This document shows, piece after piece, positions 48,074-57,100 of a stretch of 57,100 nucleotides of DNA (its first letter is position 1; each line of letters starts with the position of its first letter). Source of the stretch: Octopus bimaculoides (lineage: Eukaryota); the NCBI RefSeq assembly GCF_001194135.2, contig NC_068992.1:35908643-35965742 (forward strand). The letters are read 5' to 3'. The notes under the pieces were generated by a model. The model was given only the letters and a program-made list of their open reading frames with translations, did not search any database and had not been told where the DNA came from. A program made the position numbers and the translations under genes.

Positions 48074-48240
48074 AAGGCTATGAAGTAACAAAAATTGGTA
48101 CAATACTGAACACAATACAGCTCCGCACTATTTACTTAACTTACGATCTGAAATCAAAACCTACCAGAGTGAACTTTGTCTTACATTCGGTGTCAGTAAA
48201 TTAAGTGTCATTCAAGTATTCGAAGTCATTTAAATCGTCT
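48074..48240 (+). mobile_element. Old, diverged SINE family A copy
   Basis: Collinear but weak match (gatctgaaatcaaaacctaccagagtgaactttg...ttcggtgtcagtaaattaagt). Confidence 0.4.
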
Positions 48241-48245
48241 GTATT

Positions 48246-49130
48246 CCATCTTCACGAGTCATTTTATACTAAATTGCATTACATCTACATTGACTTTAAG
48301 AGATTTCGATTTTAGATACGGGTCTTCGATGGTAAAAAGATACTTGATGAATATCAAACAAAATACTGAATATTTCAAAGGTTTTAGCTATTAGGTGGGT
48401 GCAAAATAATTGCAATTTTGTTATTTTAAATTTTGATATTAATGTTTAGGAATAAATGTTATTTAACTGTGTTCGTGTAATATACGATTTTGAAGTGCAG
48501 ATCTCGACCTAGTGATTAATATCAATATTAATCATGCATTTAGTGTATCCTTGTTTATTTTGGGTTGTCAAATTAAATAGGGGGGGGGGCAAATTCGAGT
48601 GATTTTTTTCTATAAGTTAGGATTGAAACAAATAACAGAAATTGCCCTTACTATCAACATAAAATATGATCAGAGAGTTATCAATGAATATCATTGGNNN
48701 NNNNNNNNNNNNNNNNNNNNNNNNNNNNNNNNNNNNNNNNNNNNNNNNNNNNNNNNNNNNNNNNNNNNNNNNNNNNNNNNNNNNNNNNNNNNNNNNNNNN
48801 NNNNNNNNNNNNNNNNNNNNNNNNNNNNNNNNNNNNNNNNNNNNNNNNNNNNNNNNNNNNNNNNNNNNNNNNNNNNNNNNNNNNNNNNNNNNNNNNNNNN
48901 NNNNNNNNNNNNCTACTTGTTGACAAAAATATCTAAATTTTAGTGCTTATTATTTCAATTAATATAATGGAAAGAATTAATTAAGAAGTAATAGTAGCAG
49001 AAAGAATTATTTCAATTAATAAAATATATTTTCATTGGAATATATTCTATTGACCCGTATCTAAAATCGAAATTTCGTAAAGTCAATGTAGATGTTATGC
49101 AATTTAGTATAAAATGACTCGTGAAGATGG
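48246..49130. repeat. Inverted repeat, arms 48246-48324 and 49052-49130
   Basis: 79-bp arms with 3 mismatches; the spacer includes an N-gap. Confidence 0.9.
48389..48520 (+). mobile_element. Mariner-type terminal fragment
   Basis: TA|TTAGGTGGGTGCAAAATAATTGC resembles the Hsmar1/MADE1-type TIR TTAGGTTGGTGCAAAAGTAATTGC. Confidence 0.5.
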
Positions 49131-50769
49131 AGAATATTAAATATCACGAGATACTCTCTAATCCCTACCACGCCATCTACCTATGATTTACATTTTTTTT
49201 TTTTTTTACTTTTTTTACTTTCTACACTTAGAAATAATTGCTAATAGAAGTGGCAACAAATGTTTAGACAGGACTATACTACACCAAAACGCGACACATT
49301 TTTGCGAAAGGCTTTCTTTTTCGTCTAAGGTCTTAAATCGTTTCAAAAATATCATTTTTTAAAAGTTATAAATCATTTATCGGCATTTTAACTATACCTT
49401 TGGGTTTTTTGTCTTTTGTTTTCTGTTTTAGATTCACCTTCCACATTTTATAGAGCCAAAGAAGGGAAACCAATTGCATCTGATTTTCATAAAATTATTT
49501 ATTGTCATAAGATTTTGTAAAAAATATGGTGCAATGGTAGTAACAACAGAACGCTTCAGTATTTGGTTACAACTGTTTACATTTTGAGTGAGATCAACTC
49601 GTACCTGAGTTTATTCTGTCTTTCACTTCCAGAATCGATATAAGTACCAGTGATAAACAGGCATCGTTGTATTTGACAATAACTTCCTTACATATTTTCA
49701 TATTTGTGGCCTTAACTATTGCTGCAAGTAAATATTAAGTTTTAGTAATGGCAGTTGTTAGGATGGGAGAACATCGGACAAAATACATTTCATGGTATTT
49801 AGTTAAGATTCTTTATATTGTGTATTTCCGAAAGATCGTTAATTCACTCAATCCCATTTCTTTCTTCATTAAATTTGTTTCTTTTTCGCCTCAGTTATGT
49901 TTCTTATAATTATAATTTTTTCTTGTCATTTTGCTGGGGAATGCACCATTTTTTTTTTAATACTGCATAATGTAATATATTGCTAATTTATACAATATCA
50001 ATACATCAGTTACATCTTTTATGAGCCGTTTAGCCATCACAAAACTGTTTTACTTCTCATTTATTTTGTGAAACGTCAAAATTTTCGTTGCACTACTAAA
50101 TTTTGATTATTCATAAAAAAATGAAAAGTTAAACTAAGAGATTTTACATATTCTTACAAGGTTTAAATGGCTCGTTCGCATTGCAGCTGATGGAGATTTA
50201 AAACGATCTCAGAACAAATCACTTGCTAAAAAAAAAACTCCAAAAGTTAATAATAATGAAGAATGGAAGTAGCCCTGTTTTTCTATATAACCAAAACAAT
50301 AGAACTGCACTGTTCAGTCTAAAATGAATATCGTAAACCCTATTTGAATATGGTTTCGCAAAAAAATTAATTTTCATTACCTATATTTGAAGATTTCTTC
50401 CTAGCAGTTATCATGTTTCAGTAAACCGAACGATAACTTATATTCCCTGTGATTTCCATTTCCTGTTTCTTCACATCCGTTTTGTAAAAAAACACTCGTA
50501 ATTTTTCTTGTTTGTTAATTTGGTAGATTTTCACAATCAACTGTAACATTCTTTGGATTTCTTAGTCTTTGGATTTGTTTTTGTATTATTGTTGTTGTTT
50601 TGTAGTGTTTATTATAGATATGTCTAATTGTATCAGAGAGTTTTTGTTGTTGTTGTTGTTGTTTTCTATAAGGAGATTTGTCTGCGACTTCCAGAAATGG
50701 AGGTAGTGATATAAAGGCATTATCTTGAAGTAAAATGATCAAAACTATTCTGTTAAGAATTAATACCGA

Positions 50770-52030
50770 CACCAAACCATACAGCGGTGTTTAAAGCAAA
50801 AGTAGGCGGCAGGTTTGCAGCCCGTAACCTCCTGGAAGATTATATTAATTCCCTGACCGACAACATTACGGAAGCACTTCAGAAAATGTCTCGAAAAATG
50901 CTAGGAAGAAGGAAAAAGAAACGATGGGTCACTGATGTCATCTTGAACTCATGTGATTAAAGACGAAACCTGATGAAGACCAAGTTAACGGATCAGGAAG
51001 CAAGTCAGTAATTTAATATTGTGAATAGGAAGGTTTGGAAGAAAATGAAGGAAGCCAAAGAGGACTGGATAGCAAACCCATGCAGTCATCGAAACTTGAA
51101 TAAAGAAAAACAACAGCAAGGTTACTTATGGACCCTCAAAATCTTAGCGAAAACAAAGAAACACACACTATCATTGAGGACAAAACAGGCCATTTAGGAT
51201 AAAACAGGTTTCCTCACGGATGAGAATGTTGTCATCGGAAGACGGTATGAGTATTGCAAAGCCCTTTACAATTACAAACTCAAACATGACAATAACAACC
51301 TAGACAATTCCAACTACAACAATAACAGAAAACTTGGGATGTGAAAGAGGCAGTGTGCACGCTCAGAGATGGGAAATCGCTGGGAACAGATAACATCTCA
51401 GCAGAGCTCCTAAACCATGAAGGGCCAAAACTTATCATGGCATTAACAGATACCTGTCAGAAAATATGGGAGACGAAGCAGTGACCAAAGGAGTGGTAAT
51501 CACTGATAATATCCATTTACAAGAAAATTAACTTAAAATTTTGTCAGAATTATAGAACAATCAGCCTAATTAGTATTGCTAAGAGTTCTGCTAAATAGAA
51601 GGCAGAAGAAATCCTCACAGGACAGGCAGGATTCAGGCGAAAAAGGAGTACTGTGGAGCAGATATTTAACATTGGACTGCTCGCTGAGATACACCTACAG
51701 CACCAATCTAACTTCTATCACATCATCGACTTCAAAAAGGCCCTTGACTGTGTTTGGCGCAGTAGGTTGTTGTGACAAATGATGAAGAATTACGACTGAC
51801 AGCCAAATTTCTTTACGGTCATACTTGTGAATGGATATTATCAGTGATTACCAATCCTTTGGCCACTGCTTCGTCTCCCATATCTTCTGACAGGTATCTG
51901 TTAATGCCTTGATAAGCTTTGGCTCTCCATGTTTTAGGAGCTCTGCTGAGATGTTATCTGTTCCCAGCGATTTCCCATCTCTGAGCATGCACACTGCCTC
52001 TTTCACTTCGCCCAAAAAGCAAGTAAACGA
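50770..52030 (+). mobile_element. Decayed RTE-clade LINE (linker and RT N-terminus) with a local inverted duplication
   Basis: VKEAVCTLRDGKSLGTDNISAELL...DTCQKIWET...CQNYRTISLIS...QAGFRRKRSTVEQIFN...IIDFKKALDCVW. Arms 51341-51523 and 51824-52006 are inverted. Confidence 0.85.
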
Positions 52031-52305
52031 TCTAATGTGTGCAATATCAACATATGAGAGTAACATGGTTTTAATATTCAGCCTTAATTTCCGCGGTTAA
52101 CATGTCATGCATTAAAATACATTACAAAGTATGCTTGCTCCCTGTAGGTGGAGCTCCACAGACAGTTAACTACTAGATAAATCAGTATCTTTTTTCAACT
52201 ATATGTAAGTGCGTGAATATATATGTATGCATGCATACACTAGCACACAAACACACAAACACATACACGTACATACACACATATGTGTGTATGTACACAA
52301 ACACT

Positions 52306-52437
<132 letters not shown>

Positions 52438-52524
52438 ATGCACGCCGCATGTTTACAAGAGAAAAGAAGACACAGAATAGCATAAAACATTATACTTCTA
52501 GAAAACTGACACATAAAAAAAAAA

Positions 52525-52787
52525 AGGTTGTTAATTCGGTCCCCGGCGGCGCGTTGTGTCCTTGAGCAAGTCACTTTATTTTACGTTGCTCCAGTCCACT
52601 CAGCTCGCAAAAATGAGTAGAACTTGTATTTCAAAGGGCCAACCTTGTCACATCCTGTGTCAAGCTCAAATTTCCTTGAGAACTACGTTAAGGGTACACA
52701 TGTCTGTGGAGTGCTCAGCTTCTTGCACCTTAATTTCACGTGCAGGGTCAACTGGAACCCTCGTCATTGTAACCGATGGGGCGCCAG
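52525..52787 (+). mobile_element. SINE with CORE-like 5' part and family E-type 3' body
   Basis: gtgtccttgagcaagtcactttatt... followed by caaagggccaaccttgtcaca...gagaactacgttaagggtacacatgtctgtggagtgctcagc, shared with 35460-35632. Confidence 0.8.
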
Positions 52788-53779
52788 GTAGAACTTGTAC
52801 TTGGTGGCTCGTGCATTACATACCTCAGAGCGGATACTGCGATCCTGATCCGCTTGGCGATGATCATCAAACTGCTGGAATTCTCATAAGTGATCTTCTA
52901 GATCTACTGGATGAAAACGCTTCTTTCCCTTGGTCAAGGGAAATATGTCTACGCCAGAGGCCTCAAGTACATTCTCGACCCTGAACAAAGAACCAGCCTT
53001 GTCTCATATTGTGTCCAGATGATTATTGTTGAAGAATTACGTTAAGAATACACGTGTATGGAATACTCTCCCATTTACGTGTTCATTCAATGAAGGGACC
53101 GTTACATTAATCGAACTATTGACATAATCATTGTCGAACCGGATTCATATGTTTGTGCGCACGCGTGTGTATTAAGATAGCGGACCGAATTAAATATCAT
53201 CATCATTACGATCATTGTCAACATCGTTATCCTCACCATTATCGTCGTCGTCAGTCTCATTACCATCATAACTGTCCAGTTAATTAGTTGCGCTCTAACA
53301 TGCGGTTAATCAGTCTGTCTAAACAGGAAGTGCATGACTGACACTCGACTCATTATCCCACTGCCTCCACCTAATGTATGTGGCGACATTGTAGCATCGA
53401 TTCTTTTTTTAGTCATTCAACATGACTGTGTTGGGCAACACTGACTTGTGTTCCTTTTGTACAAAACCTAACTGGAGATCCATTCATATCAGGCCAACAT
53501 TTTCTAAGATATACAAGATAATGCGTAATCTGACATTCGTCAATTAAATCTTTCACTACTTAACTTTCTCTTCCTTTCTTTATTTATTTTTCTTTCTTTC
53601 TTACTTTCTTTCTTTATGTATTTATTGTCTTGTCTTTCCTTCTTCCATCTTTTTCTTACGTCCTTCTGTATTTCTTTTCATCAAATTTCCTTTTCTTCTT
53701 TTCTTTTTTTTTTGCCTTTCCTTCTCTTTGGAATACTTTTTGGCCCACAAGAAATAGTCACCAAATATTTGTATCACAC

Positions 53780-54218
53780 CTAGGCCTATCCCATATTTTT
53801 TAGTAGGACCCCCCACATCAAGACATCCCAGGGATTTCATTCATTTCCCAGCTCAAAGGGACGAGCCCCCTTCTATGTTCGGGTCAAGGCCTCTTGTCTT
53901 TATCTTGCTGCCTTTTTAGGAATATGGATTTATTAGGAGAAGAGGACTCCCAGTCCCCTCGCTGCTGCCCCTTTTAGTTGCCCCTTATGCTATGCAAGGA
54001 ATACGGTGACTGCATTCTACAGATCATTCCCCTCCTCCCAGCCGCAAGGGGGTTTGCTAGTTAACCCATAGCTGGGACTCTTACAGGTACTACCACTTCG
54101 GGTCAGAGTAGACCTGGGAACAATAGTGGCAAAGAGGTGGTTCCATACTCTTCAAACCCTGAGATCAGGGCCTCGGGGTCCCACTATCGGATGAATTTAT
54201 AGTCATTCCCAGGACAAA
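53780..54218. mobile_element. GC-richer interspersed repeat, probably RTE-associated non-coding segment
   Basis: acaggtactaccacttcgggtcagagtagacctggg...gtcattcccaggaca resembles a repeat I recognise; no coding motif seen. Confidence 0.45.
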
Positions 54219-55457
54219 AATAGTCACCGAATATACCCGAAAATAATTGTACGGCGTTTTAAATATTAGATGAACATATTTCAAAAGAGAATTACAAATG
54301 TTTCGAATATGTGCGAGAAGCAAAAGTAGAAAGATAAGAAGAGAGAGAAAAGTGTATGAGGGAGAAAAGAGAGAGACTGAGAGAAAGTGTGTGTGTTTAT
54401 GTGTGTGAGAGAGAGAGGGGGGGGAAGAGAGAGTGTATGTGCGTGTGTTTGAGAGAGAGAGAGTGTGTGTGTGTGTGTAGGTGTGTGTGTGTAGGTGTGT
54501 GTGTAGGTGTGTGTGTAGGTGTATGTGTGCGTGTGTTTGGGAGAGAGAGAAAGAGAGAGTGTGTAGGTGTGTGTGTGTGTGCATGTGTGGGGGTGAGTGT
54601 GCGTGTGTGTATGAGCGTGTGTTTGCCTGTCAGCCTGTCTGCCTGTATATATGTATCTGTTTAGGGGAGAAGAATGTATTAGTGGGGTGAGGGAGGAGAA
54701 AGGAAACGTTATTACTTGTACGGTTAAATGCTTATTTGAAGGTAGAAGCAAAAAGAGAGCGAGAGAAGTGTGTACCGGAAGAGATGTTGTAGTGGTGGGA
54801 GGTAAAAGAAAGGGTGCGCCATTTACAAACATATCATATGCACTCATATACATCACACATACATGATCTAATGACAACTTTTCTACCTGTTAAAGTGGTG
54901 TGTCATCGGTAGGAATGATTGATGGAGTGCGAACGGTAGTTGTAGCAAGACAGAGACGGCGGAGCGTGTAGTATTGTTTTAAAATTGTACTAACATTTAA
55001 CATCATTAATTACTTAACACGTGTGCTTCAGTTCAATTAAGTGTCGTTTGGTAAGCCTATATTTTAGATTCACTTGTAGAATATGTTAAGCCATAGGGGA
55101 TCAATAAAGAATAGGCACCAAAAATTAATTTTTTTAAAAATTTTAAATTGAACTGACGTTTTGTTGTTCAAACACTTAACGCACATGCTCTCTCTCTCTC
55201 TCTCTCTCTCTCTCTCNNNNNNNNNNNNNNNNNNNNNNNNNNNNNNNNNNNNNNNNNNNNNNNNNNNNNNNNNNNNNNNNNNNNNNNNNNNNNNNNNNNN
55301 NNNNNNNNNNNNNNNNNNNNNNNNNNNNNNNNNNNNNNNNNNNNNNNNNNNNNNNNNNNNNNNNNNNNNNNNNNNNNNNNNNNNNNNNNNNNNNNNNNNN
55401 NNNNNNNNNNNNNNNNNNNNNNNNNNNNNNNNNNNNNNNNNNNNNNNNNNNNNNNNN

Positions 55458-55551
55458 AGTCCCGGGGTCGATTTCTTCGATTAAAACCCTTTAAGGCGGT
55501 GCTCCAGTATGGCTGCAGTCAAATGACTGAAACAGGTAAAAGAGTGAAAGG
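55458..55551 (+). mobile_element. SINE 3' tail (family B type)
   Basis: ggggtcgatttcttcgattaaaaccctttaaggcggtgctccagtatggctgcagtcaaatgactgaaacaggtaaaagag. Confidence 0.8.
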
Positions 55552-56419
55552 ATGCAACTCTTCGAAACGCTTAGTTTTAGAATGGTGGCAGCTGATGAAG
55601 GAAATGTTCCCTGTGTGGCCTGTGTATTTTCTGTACTCTGTTGATCATTTTGTCCATTTTTTTACAACGTCCTGTACCCAGATATGCATCTATATATACA
55701 TGTAGATGTAGGTATGTACATACATGTACGTATATATGCATATACTCATTTATTATTTGTATTATATNNNNNNNNNNNNNNNNNNNNNNNNNNNNNNNNN
55801 NNNNNNNNNNNNNNNNNNNNNNNNNNNNNNNNNNNNNNNNNNNNNNNNNNNNNNNNNNNNNNNNNNNNNNNNNNNNNNNNNNNNNNNNNNNNNNNNNNNN
55901 NNNNNNNNNNNNNNNNNNNNNNNNNNNNNNNNNNNNNNNNNNNNNNNNNNNNNNNNNNNNNNNNNNNNNNNNNNNNNNNNNNNNNNNNNNNNNNNNNNNN
56001 NNNNNNNNNNNNNNNNNNNNNNNNNNNNNNNNNNNNNNNNNNNNNNNNNNNNNNNNNNNNNNNNNNNNNNNNNNNNNNNNNNNNNNNNNNNNNNNNNNNN
56101 NNNNNNNNNNNNNNNNNNNNNNNNNNNNNNNNNNNNNNNNNNNNNNNNNNNNNNNNNNNNNNNNNNNNNNNNNNNNNNNNNNNNNNNNNNNNNNNNNNNN
56201 NNNNNNNNNNNNNNNNNNNNNNNNNNNNNNNNNNNNNNNNNNNNNNNNNNNNNNNNNNNNNNNNNNNNNNNNNNNNNNNNNNNNNNNNNNNNNNNNNNNN
56301 NNNNNNNNNNNNNNNNNNNNNNNNNNNNNNNNNNNNNNNNNNNNNNAAAACAGGAAGTGTGGTGTCAAAACAGGAAGTGTGTGTAAGGGGAAACAAATCT
56401 TTTTAGTTGGAGTTATGAA

Positions 56420-57100
56420 CTCTTTTTCAACAGGAAGTTTATGTCTGTTCCTGGAGAAATAAGGTCGCTGATGGGTATGTGTGTTAAGAAATGGTTGGAA
56501 TTTCTGTATGAAAAGATTCTCCTTGTTGATTCTTTCTTGTGCGGAGATTCTGTCTTTACATTGATAGAAAGGGAATATAAGGAATTTAGGGTTTTTGTTT
56601 CTGGCGCAAGAGTCTATGTGGTCACCGAGTGGAATTTGGCGGTATTGAGGGAGATTTATTTGTTCTTTGTGGACTGCTACTCTTCTACGCAACGGGAGGC
56701 TCGTCTGTCCGATATAGAAGTTTTGGCAACCTGCTCATGTGAGGACATAAATGAGGTTCCCAGAGGAACAAGAGAGATTGGTTTTGATTTTAAACTTTGT
56801 TCCTCGTTTGAAGGTAAATTCAGAGCCTTCAAGTAGGTAGGGGCAGGTACCACAATTAGGGCGTGCACATTTTTTAACTGATGGGGGTGGAAGTGGTGTA
56901 TGTAGTTTGGCATTGGTTAAGAGTTTTTTCAAAGATTTGTGTTGCCTTTTGCATTTAAGGACTTTGTGTGTATTGATGATATTGTTCATTTTCGGGTCTG
57001 TGGTGAGTAAGGGGAGGTTTTGTTTGATTGTGGTGTATGCTTCGATGTTTTTGGGGTTGTGGGTGGAGATGTATGGAAGTATTTTGGGGTTGGGTATGTT
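56420..57100 (-). mobile_element. Penelope-like element (Neptune-type) GIY-YIG endonuclease region
   Basis: KKCARPNCGTC linker, then NLIYVLT*AGCQNFYIGQTSLPLRRRVAVHKEQI...HIDSC...ERINKENLFIQKFQPFLN. One premature TGA where Cys is expected. Confidence 0.9.

Noticed and set aside
52815-52965. Minus-strand exon bounded by ttctttgttcAG and AG|GTATGT
   Set aside because: All three frames contain stops between these sites.

Overview
AT-rich, microsatellite-dense eukaryotic genomic DNA from a draft assembly (15 N-gaps, about 5.5 kb). The SINE, Penelope and RTE repertoire matches what I recognise from octopus (coleoid cephalopod) genomes; that assignment is inference. I found no intact host protein-coding gene that I can confidently support. 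Most of the window is decayed transposable elements of unusually many kinds. Non-LTR retrotransposons: CRE, R4/Dong, Tx1/L1, CR1 and two kinds of RTE. Also present: several Penelope-like elements (one with a hammerhead-ribozyme-like motif, one with an embedded tRNA-like module), Tc1/mariner elements (one with DD36E spacing, one maT-like), a Merlin transposase, a hAT MITE, Helitron-like non-autonomous elements and at least four tRNA-derived SINE families. Highlights beyond the TE catalogue: (1) a degenerate wax-ester-synthase/DGAT (WS/DGAT)-like coding relic at about 11780-12170 (-); (2) four local inverted duplications (79-183 bp arms, 94-99% identity, 300-730 bp spacers) plus a 128-nt near-perfect hairpin, all potential dsRNA sources; (3) a few weak host-exon candidates. 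Most long ORFs in the supplied track are artefacts of N-gaps or microsatellites.
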